Assembly: GCA_009695045.1 (NCBI GenBank)
Contig: SIBS01000002.1
Span: forward strand, 26,774-90,773
Source: Candidatus Levyibacteriota bacterium
GTDB lineage: Bacteria; Patescibacteriota; Microgenomatia; Levybacterales; UBA12049
DNA length: 64,000 bases
Direction: 5' to 3'
In this document: positions 26,751-36,631 of the stretch, piece by piece
Layout: every line of letters starts with the position of its first letter
Position numbering within the stretch: the first letter of the stretch is position 1
The notes under the pieces: model-generated
Seen by the model: the letters and a program-made list of their open reading frames with translations, nothing else
Told to the model about the DNA's origin: nothing
The model's database searches: none
Program-made: the position numbers and the translations under genes

Positions 26751-29555
26751 ATGTTTAAGTCTGTAAATCCGCAAGTAGATTTTCCAAAACAAGAAGAAGA
26801 AATACTTGAATTTTGGAAAAAAAATAAAATATTTGAAAAATCATTAGATAAAGATGCGCCGAATGGAAAATGGACATTTCTTGATGGCCCACCTTTTATT
26901 ACAGGTCTTCCGCATTATGGAACATTACTTGTAAGTATTCCTAAAGATGTTTTTCCTCGATTTTGGACAATGCGTGGATATATGGTAAGACGTGTTTGGG
27001 GATGGGATGTTCACGGATTGCCTGCTGAAAATAAAGTAGAAGTTAAGCTGGGCATTGAACGCAAAAAAGATATAGAAGAAAAGATTGGAATTAAGCAATT
27101 TATAGATGAATGTCGTAATTACGTAAGTGAATCTTCAAGGGAATGGGAATGGTATATTGATCATATCGCAAGATGGGTTGATTTTAAAAATGCTTATAAA
27201 ACAATGGATATTTCCTATATGGAATCTGTGATGTGGGTTTTTAAGCAAATGTATGAAAAAGGATATATATATAAGGGACTTCGTGTCTCTCTATATTGTC
27301 CACATTGCTCAACTCCAATCTCTAATTTTGAAGTTGCAATGGATCCTGACAATTATAAAGAGATTACAGAGGCATCAAATACTTATAAATATCAACTTGT
27401 TGAGAGTAGTGATACCTATTTACTTGCATGGTCAACTACGCCGTGGAATAAATTAGTTACATCAGCTCTTGCTGTAAATTCAAAGTTGGATTATGTTAAG
27501 GTCGAACAAGGTAAAGAAAAATATATCTTGGCAAAATCAAAAATAAAAATTTTAGTAGGTGAATATAAAATTATTCAAGAAATAAGTGGTATTGATCTTA
27601 TTGGTCTCTCCTTTGTGCCACATTATGATTTTTATACCATTGATAGTGATAAAAAAGCATTTATAATTGTTGATGGTGATTTCGTTACTGCGGAAGAAGG
27701 AACTGGAATAGTCACTATAGCGGCTTATGGTGAAGAAGATTTAGTTGTTATGCAAAAAGAAAATATTCAAATAATGCTACATGTTGATGATGAAGGAATG
27801 ATTAAAAAAGAAATTCCAAAATGGAACGGAATGTATTACCTAAAGGTAAATAAATTAGTAAATGAAGATTTAGTAAATAGAGGACTAATGTATAAGGAAG
27901 AAGACTATATTCATAAAATTCCTACGTGCTGGCGATGCCATACTAGGCTTATATACGCTCCTCAAAATGCTTGGTATGTTAATGTTCAAATTCTTAAGGA
28001 TAGGATGAGAAAAAATAACGAAGAAGTAAATTGGTTTCCTAAGCACTTTAAAATGGGTCGTTATTTAAAAAGTTTGGAGTCAGCACCAGATTGGTGTATT
28101 TCAAGAAGTAGGTATTGGGGTTCCCCTGTTCCAGTATGGGAGTGTGAATGCGGAGAGCGAATTGTTCCTGGATCAATTGCTGAGCTAGAAGAATTTTCTG
28201 GTAAAAAAATTACTGATTTACATAAGCCTGAAATTGATCAGATAACAATACTTTGTAATAAATGCAAATCTATTACAAAGAGAGTTCCTGAAGTTTTGGA
28301 TAGTTGGATAGAGGCTGGTTCAGCGTCGTTTGCAGAACGTCATTATCCATTTAATGAAAAGGTTAAATTTGCTGATTTCTTCCCTCCAGATTTTATCACT
28401 GAGTATACGGGACAAATTAGAGCTTGGTTTTATGTTTTACATGTTATATCAACTGCCCTATATGATTCAATGGCATTTAAGAACGTTGTTGTAACTGGTG
28501 TAATACTGGGTACCGATGGTAGAAAGATGAGTAAAAATCTAGGAAATTATCCTGATCCAAAAGAGTTATTACAAAAATATGGTGGCGATGCATTACGCCT
28601 TTACCTTATGGGGAGTCCAGTAATGCATGGGGAAGACATGGTTATTTCTGAAGATCAGTATCGAAATCAGATAAAGAATTTTTTATTAGTTTTATGGAAT
28701 ATATATAATTTTTTTGTTTCATATGCATTAATTGATAAGTGGGAGCCAAGTAATTTTAGCAAAGATAATTTAAATATATTGGATAAATGGATATTATCAA
28801 AGCAACAGGATCTTATTATGGAATTAACAGCTTCCTTAGAGGAATATGATACAATGACGGCAATTAATAAAGCTAAGTTATTTATTGATGATTTTTCAAT
28901 GTGGTATATTCGACGAAGTAGAGAGCGAATAGGTCCAAGTGCAAAATTTATATTAGAAAAAAAATCTTTTTATAATACTTGCTACAAAGTATTAACCACA
29001 TTATGTAAACTATTGGCTCCAATCGCTCCTTTTGTTACTGAGGCGATGTATAAAAATCTTACAAATGAGGAATCCGTGCACTTATCTAATTGGCCTCAGT
29101 ACGAATCTTTATTAAGAGATAAGGGGTTAGAGGAGGAAATGGAACGAGCTCGTAAAATAGTAGAAAGAGCGCATGCTCTTCGTAAAGAGCACTCTATAAA
29201 AGTAAGAATTCCATTAAGGAATCTTAATTATTCTGGTCCATTTAAATTAAGTGAAGAAATTAAATTAATAGTGCTTGATGAAATAAATGTTCTAATTCTA
29301 AATTATTTAGGCAAGACAAATGATTATATTGTATCCGGTGAAATGAATGAAGAAAATCAAGATATTATTGCAGGAAAAGCTAGGGATATTATTCGAAGCA
29401 TTCAAGAGGAGAGAAAAAAATTAGGAACTAGAATTGATGAGGAAGTTGATGTTGTTTTACCAAATTGGCCAATTGAATTAGAAAGTGAGATAAAAAGAAA
29501 AGCATTAATTAAATCACTTTCTAAGGGTGATACACTGACTGTAATTAGATTATGA
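26751..29555 (+). CDS. ileS: Isoleucine--tRNA ligase
   Basis: Class I aaRS; HYGTLL (HIGH-like), KMSKN(LG) KMSKS motif, CP1 editing-domain size, and the WCISRSRYWGSPVP motif typical of IleRS. 934 aa. Confidence 0.9.
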   Translation: MFKSVNPQVDFPKQEEEILEFWKKNKIFEKSLDKDAPNGKWTFLDGPPFITGLPHYGTLLVSIPKDVFPRFWTMRGYMVRRVWGWDVHGLPAENKVEVKLGIERKKDIEEKIGIKQFIDECRNYVSESSREWEWYIDHIARWVDFKNAYKTMDISYMESVMWVFKQMYEKGYIYKGLRVSLYCPHCSTPISNFEVAMDPDNYKEITEASNTYKYQLVESSDTYLLAWSTTPWNKLVTSALAVNSKLDYVKVEQGKEKYILAKSKIKILVGEYKIIQEISGIDLIGLSFVPHYDFYTIDSDKKAFIIVDGDFVTAEEGTGIVTIAAYGEEDLVVMQKENIQIMLHVDDEGMIKKEIPKWNGMYYLKVNKLVNEDLVNRGLMYKEEDYIHKIPTCWRCHTRLIYAPQNAWYVNVQILKDRMRKNNEEVNWFPKHFKMGRYLKSLESAPDWCISRSRYWGSPVPVWECECGERIVPGSIAELEEFSGKKITDLHKPEIDQITILCNKCKSITKRVPEVLDSWIEAGSASFAERHYPFNEKVKFADFFPPDFITEYTGQIRAWFYVLHVISTALYDSMAFKNVVVTGVILGTDGRKMSKNLGNYPDPKELLQKYGGDALRLYLMGSPVMHGEDMVISEDQYRNQIKNFLLVLWNIYNFFVSYALIDKWEPSNFSKDNLNILDKWILSKQQDLIMELTASLEEYDTMTAINKAKLFIDDFSMWYIRRSRERIGPSAKFILEKKSFYNTCYKVLTTLCKLLAPIAPFVTEAMYKNLTNEESVHLSNWPQYESLLRDKGLEEEMERARKIVERAHALRKEHSIKVRIPLRNLNYSGPFKLSEEIKLIVLDEINVLILNYLGKTNDYIVSGEMNEENQDIIAGKARDIIRSIQEERKKLGTRIDEEVDVVLPNWPIELESEIKRKALIKSLSKGDTLTVIRL

Positions 29556-30631
29556 ATAAAGGATCTATATTTAAAATAGATTTAGGTTTATTTCTTCCCA
29601 TATTAATTCTTATTACAATAAGCTTAACAGCGCTTTTTTCCTTACAAATTAATTATTTTAATTCTCAGCTTATTTATGTTTTTATTTCTGTCATTGCTTA
29701 TTTTATTTTTTCTCATATAAATGTTCGTATTATGCAGATTTATTCTTGGCAAATTTATATTATATGTTTGATCTCGCTAGTTTTTTTATATTTTTTTGGA
29801 ATAGAAAGTAGAGGAGCAGCTCGTTGGGTTGATATATTTGGTTTTCGTATTCAATTTTCTGAGATTTTTAAACCATTTCTTGCTTTTATTTTAGCTACTT
29901 ATTTATCAAGCCGATCACTTTCATCAAACACTTTTTTTGTAAGTATTTTTTTTACTTTTTTAATATTTATTTTTATTTTAATCCAACCAGACTTAGGAAG
30001 TTCGCTTATTTATGCTACTTCATTACTTATGATATTGCTGGTTGTTGGATTTCCTCTTTTATGGTTTGGTTATGGAATTATTAGTTTTATAGTGGCATCT
30101 CCTTTTATTTGGCAATTAATGCATGATTATCAACGACAAAGAATATTTACTTTTATTAATCCGGCTTCGGATCCACTTGGTAATTCATATAATTCAATAC
30201 AGGCTATAATTGCTATAGGATCAGGAATGCTTTTCGGAAAGGGACTAGGGGAGACTACGCAATCAGGGCTTCGTTTTTTACCAGAACGTCATACTGATTT
30301 TATTTTTGCAACAATATCTGAGGGGCTTGGATTTTTTGGTGCATTAATAATTATTTTATCGATGAGCTTTTTATTGTATAAAATTTATAATATATTTTTG
30401 GATTCTGATGATAAGCTTTGCAAGCTGTACGCGGTACTTGTTTTTTCTATTTTATTCATTCAGTTCGTTTTTAATGTTGGCATGAATATTGGTATTTTAC
30501 CTGTAGTAGGAATTACATTGCCATTTGTATCATATGGAGGAAGCTCATTATTGTCTAATTTTATTTTATTAGGTATCCTTACATCTATTCGCAATATTTC
30601 TCAAGATAAAAAAGTATTGGAAATTAAGTAG
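29552..30631 (+). CDS. rodA: SEDS-family protein (RodA/FtsW paralogue)
   Basis: SEDS motifs QPDLGSSLIY, PERHTDFIFATISEGLGFFG, PFVSYGGSS; second SEDS gene in the window, outside the dcw cluster. Confidence 0.8.
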   Translation: MNKGSIFKIDLGLFLPILILITISLTALFSLQINYFNSQLIYVFISVIAYFIFSHINVRIMQIYSWQIYIICLISLVFLYFFGIESRGAARWVDIFGFRIQFSEIFKPFLAFILATYLSSRSLSSNTFFVSIFFTFLIFIFILIQPDLGSSLIYATSLLMILLVVGFPLLWFGYGIISFIVASPFIWQLMHDYQRQRIFTFINPASDPLGNSYNSIQAIIAIGSGMLFGKGLGETTQSGLRFLPERHTDFIFATISEGLGFFGALIIILSMSFLLYKIYNIFLDSDDKLCKLYAVLVFSILFIQFVFNVGMNIGILPVVGITLPFVSYGGSSLLSNFILLGILTSIRNISQDKKVLEIK

Positions 30632-30654
30632 AAAATTTGCTATAATAAATAACT

Positions 30655-31062
30655 ATGCAATACGCAATTATCAGAACAGGTGGAAAACAATATAAGGTTA
30701 AAGTAGATGATGTTATAGAAATTGATAGACTCAATTCACTATCTGATATCATAATATTTAATGAAGTGCTTTTGGTATCTATGGATGGTAAGGTAATTAT
30801 TGGTAAACCTTTTATTTCAGACATGAAAGTTTCAGCAAAAGTATTAGCTGATTTCAAGGGGGAAAAAATTCGTGTGGCAAAATTTAAAGCAAAAGCAAGA
30901 TATAGAAGGGTTATTGGTTTTAGACCATCTCTTACAAGGATTCAGATTAATTCTATTGGTGATTCAAATTTATATCTAGATAAAAAAGAAGAAATAAATG
31001 TAGATACAATTATTAAAAAGACTTCGATTAAAAAGTCTATTTTAAAAAAAGCTATAAAATAA
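30655..31062 (+). CDS. rplU: 50S ribosomal protein L21 (with ~30-aa Lys-rich C-terminal extension)
   Basis: MQYAIIRTGGKQYKVKVDDVIEIDRL is the canonical L21 N-terminus. Confidence 0.88.
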   Translation: MQYAIIRTGGKQYKVKVDDVIEIDRLNSLSDIIIFNEVLLVSMDGKVIIGKPFISDMKVSAKVLADFKGEKIRVAKFKAKARYRRVIGFRPSLTRIQINSIGDSNLYLDKKEEINVDTIIKKTSIKKSILKKAIK

Positions 31063-31083
31063 TAAGTGACATATTTTGATCTG

Positions 31084-31112
31084 TTGACTTCTATAAAAAA
31101 ATAATTTATTAT
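31084..31112 (+). promoter_or_regulatory. Sigma70-like promoter TTGACT-N17-TATTAT in the rplU-rpmA spacer
   Basis: TTGACT at 31084-31089, a 17-nt spacer, TATTAT at 31107-31112, about 20 nt upstream of the rpmA ATG. Confidence 0.35.
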
Positions 31113-31132
31113 TCTATTGTTTTCATAAATAT

Positions 31133-31384
31133 ATGGCGCATACAAAATCGCAAGGAGCAGTTAGAGGAAATAGAGATTCAATAGCTAAGCGTTTAGGCGT
31201 AAAGCTATACGGTGGTCAATATGCAATAAACGGCAATATTATTGTTAGGCAAAAAGGAACACGTATTTATCCGGGATCGGGAGTTTCTATGGGAAAAGAT
31301 TTTACAATTTATGCTACTTCTGATGGAATTGTTAAATTTAAACAACTTAGAGGAAAAAAATTAGTAGAGGTTTTAAATGGATAA
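31133..31384 (+). CDS. rpmA: 50S ribosomal protein L27
   Basis: MAHTKSQGAVRGNRDSIAKRLGVKLYGGQ is the canonical L27 N-terminus. Confidence 0.92.
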   Translation: MAHTKSQGAVRGNRDSIAKRLGVKLYGGQYAINGNIIVRQKGTRIYPGSGVSMGKDFTIYATSDGIVKFKQLRGKKLVEVLNG

Positions 31385-32219
31385 TTCTGATCATAGAATA
31401 TACGAGCTAGAAACTAATTTATTGCAGGCAAATCCTCTTCAGCCACGTGGAATTATTACTTCTGATTCCTTGAATGATTTAGTTGACTCAATAAGAGAGC
31501 AGGGAATATTGGAGCCTATTGTTGTTGCAAGAACTCCAGCTGGTTTTCAAATTATTGCTGGTGAGCGTAGATGGCGTGCCGCAAGAGTTCTCGGGCTCGT
31601 CAATGTACCGGTTGTTGTAAGAGAAACTACTCCACAAGGAATGCTTGAAATGTCTATAGTGGAAAACGTTCAAAGAGAAGATCTCAATCCAATTGAGCGT
31701 GCACTTGCATATAAAAGATTAATTGATGAATTTGGTATTGGGACTAATGAGGTAGCAAAAAGGGTTGGAAAAAGTGCCCCTACTGTTTCTAATACAATTA
31801 GATTATTATCTCTTCCCGATGCTATTAAGGATGCCTTAGTTGCTGGTGTTATCACTGAGGGACATGTTCGTCCTCTTATTTCACTTGGTGATCCAAAATT
31901 AATGTTAGAACTTTTTAAAAAAATTCTTAGAGATAATAGTACAGTTCGTCAGACTGAAGACTTAGCAAGGCAAATTAAATCAGAGGTTCAAAGAAAAGAT
32001 CCTAGAGCATCAAAGGGGGACAGATTATGGGTTCCAGAATTAGATGAAATGGGAAAAGATTTGGAAAAAAAGTATCAATTAAGTAAAGTTCAAATATTTC
32101 AATCTAGAAGTCTTGCACGTATAACTTTAGTAATTAAGGGAGATATAGATTTTACCACACCTAAATTAAAAGCAATACAACAAATTCTTTCTGAGGGTGC
32201 TCCAAAAGAAATAGATTAA
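31377..32219 (+). CDS. parB: ParB/Spo0J-family chromosome partitioning protein
   Basis: ParB box II region GFQIIAGERRWRAARVLGL and HTH (GTNEVAKRVGKSAPTVSNTIRLL). Confidence 0.85.
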   Translation: MDNSDHRIYELETNLLQANPLQPRGIITSDSLNDLVDSIREQGILEPIVVARTPAGFQIIAGERRWRAARVLGLVNVPVVVRETTPQGMLEMSIVENVQREDLNPIERALAYKRLIDEFGIGTNEVAKRVGKSAPTVSNTIRLLSLPDAIKDALVAGVITEGHVRPLISLGDPKLMLELFKKILRDNSTVRQTEDLARQIKSEVQRKDPRASKGDRLWVPELDEMGKDLEKKYQLSKVQIFQSRSLARITLVIKGDIDFTTPKLKAIQQILSEGAPKEID

Positions 32220-32224
32220 TAGAT

Positions 32225-32803
32225 TTATTCCTTAAAAGGATTATTAATAATTCTTAATCTATCTTGAGGCCAATAAACAAAAATAGATTTTCCAATTATA
32301 GCCTCTTTTGTTACAAATCCCCACTCCCTGGAATCCGAGCTATATTCACGATTATCTCCACATACAAAATAATTTTCTGATGGCACGGTAATAGATGATC
32401 CTTCTTTGAGGAAAATTCCCTCACTTGTTTTTATGTCAATGCCTAGATATGCGCTTTCATTAATCTTCTTATCATTTATGTATATTTCATTTTCAAGTAA
32501 TTTTATTTTATCTCCTGGTAAGCCTATTATGCGCTTGATAAAATCTTTATCTTTATCTTTTGGTGCTTTAAATACAATTACATCCCCTCTATTTAGATTA
32601 TTAAATTTTAAACCTATAAGATTTGTTATTACATATTCTCCATCATGAAATGTTGGATGCATAGATTTTCCACTTACTTCAAAGGGGCGAAAAAGCCAAG
32701 CATATACAATTAGAAATATAGAGAAAGCAAGTACAATGGTCTGAATAATATCAATAAAAAAATTGTAAATTTTTTGTATCATAATATTTATATATTGTGT
32801 CAA
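32225..32803 (-). CDS. lepB: Signal peptidase I
   Basis: N-terminal TM, catalytic-Ser box SGKSMHPTF, Lys box, and the C-terminal GDNREYSSDSREWGFV box E. Confidence 0.88.
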   Translation of the reverse strand: MTQYINIMIQKIYNFFIDIIQTIVLAFSIFLIVYAWLFRPFEVSGKSMHPTFHDGEYVITNLIGLKFNNLNRGDVIVFKAPKDKDKDFIKRIIGLPGDKIKLLENEIYINDKKINESAYLGIDIKTSEGIFLKEGSSITVPSENYFVCGDNREYSSDSREWGFVTKEAIIGKSIFVYWPQDRLRIINNPFKE

Positions 32804-32873
32804 ATAGCATATGATTTTGTCAATGTTAATAAATTATGGTAATATATCTCAGAAATTAGCCAGTATAGTTAAT

Positions 32874-32946
32874 GGACCCTTAGCTCAGTTGGTAGAGCAC
32901 TGCATTCACATTGCAAAGGTCAGAAGTTCGAGACTTCTAGGGTCCA
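32874..32946 (+). tRNA. tRNA-Val (anticodon CAC)
   Basis: Manual cloverleaf: acceptor GGACCCT/AGGGTCC (7 bp), D-stem GCTC/GAGC, anticodon stem CTGCA/TGCAA (4 bp plus a C27-A43 mismatch), loop TTCACAT (U33, CAC, A37), T-stem AGAAG/CTTCT, T-loop TTCGAGA. No encoded CCA. Confidence 0.7.
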
Positions 32947-33064
32947 CAAGATTATATATAAAATTTGTAGTCTTAAGATTATTTTTTAAAGTTATCATTT
33001 TTAATTTATTAAGATATAAAAAATTATTTGGTGAATCAAATATTTTTGTTATAAATCAAAAACT

Positions 33065-34111
33065 ATGACCATTGTCTTTTTTTGTCGATTGTTTTATCCC
33101 CATATTGGTGGTGTGGAAAAACATGTAATGGAAATTGCTAAACGATTAGTTTCACTTGGTAATAAGCTAATAATTATAACAGAATCATCTCTCGAAGTTT
33201 ATTCAGAAGGAAATAAGCCAATTTTATTTGAAATAATTGATAATATTGAAGTATATCGTATTCCAGTTGAAAAGAATGAATCAAGTAAAAAATGGATTAT
33301 CTGGCGATGGATGTGGAAGAATAAGCAAATTTGGCATAATGCTGATATTTTGCACTTTCATGATGTTTTTTTCTGGTATTTGCCGTTTCGATTATTAAAT
33401 TTATCTAAAAATGCATACATAACTTTTCATGGTTATGAGGGTTATCCTCTTAAAAAAAAAGCGGTTTTAATAAGAAAACTTGCTGAAATATTAACAAATG
33501 GAAATATTTGCATAGGAGATTTTATAAAAAAGTGGTATGGAACAAAATCTACATATGTTTCATATGGAGCGGTGAACATTTCTAAAGAGAAAAAAGTTCA
33601 CCAACCTTCTCCATTCTCAGCGCTTTTTTATGGCAGATTGGATAATCAGACTGGGATAACGATATATGATGCTGCAATGATTATAATAAATAAAAAATAT
33701 CCACAATTTTCTCTAACAATTATTGGTGACGGACCCTTGAGAGATAAAATTGATGATAAAATAAGGCGTTTTGGATATCAAATCAATATTTCAGAATATC
33801 TTAAAAATAATAGATTTGTTTTTATTTCTAGCTATCTTTCTATTCTTGAAGCACTTGCTGCCAAAAGACTTGTTTTTGCGGTTTACGATAATCCTATAAA
33901 AAAAGATTATTTAGAGATGGCCCCATTTGCGTCATTTATTATTATCGAAAATAGCCATCAAAAATTAGCTGAAAAAGTTGCCTTTTTTATAAAAAATCCA
34001 ACCTTAGAAGCTTACAAGATTGAAGAAGGATACAAATGGGTCAAAAATCAGACATGGGATAGTGTTGTCAAATTATATTTAAAATTATGGAATAAGCATA
34101 ATATAATATGA
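33065..34111 (+). CDS. GT-B fold glycosyltransferase (GT4-like)
   Basis: N-terminal GT4 start YPHIGGVEKHVMEIAKRL; C-terminal Rossmann half with an EALAAKRLVFAV-type donor-binding region. Confidence 0.6.
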   Translation: MTIVFFCRLFYPHIGGVEKHVMEIAKRLVSLGNKLIIITESSLEVYSEGNKPILFEIIDNIEVYRIPVEKNESSKKWIIWRWMWKNKQIWHNADILHFHDVFFWYLPFRLLNLSKNAYITFHGYEGYPLKKKAVLIRKLAEILTNGNICIGDFIKKWYGTKSTYVSYGAVNISKEKKVHQPSPFSALFYGRLDNQTGITIYDAAMIIINKKYPQFSLTIIGDGPLRDKIDDKIRRFGYQINISEYLKNNRFVFISSYLSILEALAAKRLVFAVYDNPIKKDYLEMAPFASFIIIENSHQKLAEKVAFFIKNPTLEAYKIEEGYKWVKNQTWDSVVKLYLKLWNKHNII

Positions 34112-35043
34112 AAATATCACTTTGTATTACTGTTTTTAATGAAGAAAAATCCATAAAAAGACTCCTTACTAGTATTGAACGTCAAACAAAACTTCCTGAT
34201 GAGATAGTAATTGTTGATGGAGGAAGCATTGATAAGACAATAGATTTTTTAAATAAGCATAAATCATATATTAAACAGGTAAAAATAATTGTAAAAAAAG
34301 GAAATAGAGCAATAGGAAGAAATGAAGCAATACGCCTCGCAACAGGTAATATTATAGCAATAACTGATGCAGGATGTGAGTTAGATAGTCATTGGTTAGA
34401 AGAAATTACTAATCCTTTTGATAGTAAAAAAATACAGGTTGTTAGTGGATATTATAAAGGTAAATCAAAAAATTCATTAGAAGCATCATTAGTTCCATAC
34501 GTGCTGGTAATGCGAGATAAAGTTAATTCTAAAAACTTTCTTCCTTCAACAAGATCTATGGCAATGCGTAAGAATTTGTGGAAACAGCTTGGTGGATTCC
34601 CTATTCAATATACATGGAATGAAGACTTTGTTTTCAGCAAGCAAATAGAAAAAGTCGGTATAATTCCAATTTTTGCAGAAAATGCGATAGTTTTTTGGTT
34701 TCCTCGTGAAACAATCTGGCAAGGGTGGAACATGTTTTATGCATTTGCAAAAGGAGATGCGCAAGCTGATATTTGGCGTCCTAAAGTAATTATTTTATTA
34801 CTTCGTATGATATTTGTCAGCTTCTTTTTCATATATGCAGTTCTTATGCAAAATATACTTGTGTGGCAAATACTTGGAGGGGGAGCAATTTTTTATGGAT
34901 TGTGGGCAATATCCAAGAATTATTGTTATGTAAAAACCCCTATGGCTTTTATTTATTTACCTCTTTGGCAAGTTATTTCAGATAACGCTGTTTTTGTTGG
35001 TACATTTGTGGGTTTTTTTTGGAAAAAAATCAAACAGAAATAA
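34108..35043 (+). CDS. GT2 glycosyltransferase with two C-terminal TM helices (polyprenyl-phosphate sugar synthase-like: DPM1/GtrB/ArnC type)
   Basis: ISLCITVFNEEKSIKRLLTSI...EIVIVDGGSIDKT (GT-A DxD region) plus C-terminal hydrophobic helices (VIILLLRMIFVSFFFIYAVLM, ILGGGAIFYGLWAI). Confidence 0.6.
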   Translation: MKISLCITVFNEEKSIKRLLTSIERQTKLPDEIVIVDGGSIDKTIDFLNKHKSYIKQVKIIVKKGNRAIGRNEAIRLATGNIIAITDAGCELDSHWLEEITNPFDSKKIQVVSGYYKGKSKNSLEASLVPYVLVMRDKVNSKNFLPSTRSMAMRKNLWKQLGGFPIQYTWNEDFVFSKQIEKVGIIPIFAENAIVFWFPRETIWQGWNMFYAFAKGDAQADIWRPKVIILLLRMIFVSFFFIYAVLMQNILVWQILGGGAIFYGLWAISKNYCYVKTPMAFIYLPLWQVISDNAVFVGTFVGFFWKKIKQK

Positions 35044-35241
35044 TAAGATAAAAAATATATAAATATTTTTTTTATTTTGTTATTTTTTACATCATCAATA
35101 TTTATTAAAAAAATCTAATAGCTTCTATTGATCTTATAATTAACAATAAAATGTACAAGTACTATCAAAAATAGCGTTATATTTATATGAATACAGAAGA
35201 AATAGCTTTGAGTGAATTAATTAAGTATAATAAGAATAGTT

Positions 35242-36459
35242 ATGGGATATATGACTCATGTAATAAAAGGAATTTCTTGGGTGGGATTATTCCGATTTGG
35301 CACAAGAGGCATATCTTTTTTTAGAATTGCCATAATTGCTCGCATTCTTTCTCCATTACAGTTTGGTTTATTTGGTATTGCATCATTAATGTTATCTATG
35401 ATAGAAGTCATAACAGAGATAGGTATAAATGTAATTTTATTACAAATTAAAGAAAAAATTGATGAATATATAAATACTGCATGGATAATATCTATTATTA
35501 GGGGTATTTTAATTTTTTTTATTATTTTTATATCATCATTTATTATGGTGAAATTTTTCAACGCAGCAGATGCAATATATCTTATTATGTTGATTAGTCT
35601 TGTTCCATTAATTCGAGGATTTATTAATCCTGCGATTATTAAATTTCAAAAGGATCTTCTTTTTGAAAAAGAATTTTATTATAGAACTGCGATTTTTTTT
35701 GTTGAATCTATTGTTACAATAACTCTGGTTATGTTATTGCAATCACCTAGCGCATTGATTTGGGGATTAATTGCAGGCGCTTTTTTTGAGGTTATTATTT
35801 CCTTTTATTTCATACGACCGATTCCTAAAATTATCTTTAATTATGTTATTGCAAGACATATAATTTCTCGCGGAAAATGGATGAATATGACTAGTATTTT
35901 TTCTTATTTTTTTCAAAACGGTGATAAAATTGCTGTTGGACGAATTATTGGAATTAGTGCCTTAGGTATTTATGAAATGGCATATAAAATAGCTATGCTT
36001 CCAATTACAGAGATTTCAAATGTAATCGTTAGGGTTACATTTCCTGTATATCTAAGGATAGCAGATGATAAAGCAAGAATGCGTAAGGCGTATTTCCAAA
36101 GTCTTTTGTTGGTTGCAGTTGTCAGTGTCCCGATTGGATTAATTTTTATTATTTTTCCTCAAGATATAGTAAAAATTATTTTAGGGCAAAAATGGTTAGT
36201 TGCTGCGCCCGTGTTTCAGGTATTGGCTATTGTTGGAGTTATTCAAGCAATCATGGGGGATTCTGGTGCCATATTTTTAGCAAATAAAAAACAAGAATAT
36301 ACGACAATTAATACAGGGATTAGTTTTTTGATTATGGCAATCATGATAGTTCCATTAACGCATGCATACGGATTAATTGGCGCAGGACTTGCAGTAATTG
36401 TTGGTGCTGTTGCAACGCTTCCCGTTACTATTTATTTTTTAGTAAAACTTTTAAAATAA
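35242..36459 (+). CDS. MOP-superfamily polysaccharide/oligosaccharide flippase (Wzx-like)
   Basis: About 12 predicted TM helices, 405 aa, with the typical Wzx arrangement inside a glycosyltransferase cluster. Confidence 0.55.
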   Translation: MGYMTHVIKGISWVGLFRFGTRGISFFRIAIIARILSPLQFGLFGIASLMLSMIEVITEIGINVILLQIKEKIDEYINTAWIISIIRGILIFFIIFISSFIMVKFFNAADAIYLIMLISLVPLIRGFINPAIIKFQKDLLFEKEFYYRTAIFFVESIVTITLVMLLQSPSALIWGLIAGAFFEVIISFYFIRPIPKIIFNYVIARHIISRGKWMNMTSIFSYFFQNGDKIAVGRIIGISALGIYEMAYKIAMLPITEISNVIVRVTFPVYLRIADDKARMRKAYFQSLLLVAVVSVPIGLIFIIFPQDIVKIILGQKWLVAAPVFQVLAIVGVIQAIMGDSGAIFLANKKQEYTTINTGISFLIMAIMIVPLTHAYGLIGAGLAVIVGAVATLPVTIYFLVKLLK

Positions 36460-36631
36460 TATTTTATAAAGCATGTTGATTTCAATATTTATTCAATGTG
36501 CTATTATATATAATTGTCACAGATTAAGAATTTAAAAAATGAAGAAATTTTATACAAAATATTGAATAGTCTCTTTATTATGTGTATGTATATTAAAAAT
36601 GAAAGTAGACAAAAGTAGATAAAAAGAAAAT

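Noticed and set aside
31377-32219. parS site (TGTTNCACGTGAAACA) near parB
   Set aside because: No match to the 16-bp palindrome was found within or flanking parB in this window.
32811-33068. 85-aa ORF overlapping tRNA-Val
   Set aside because: It spans the tRNA gene and has no protein features; spurious.
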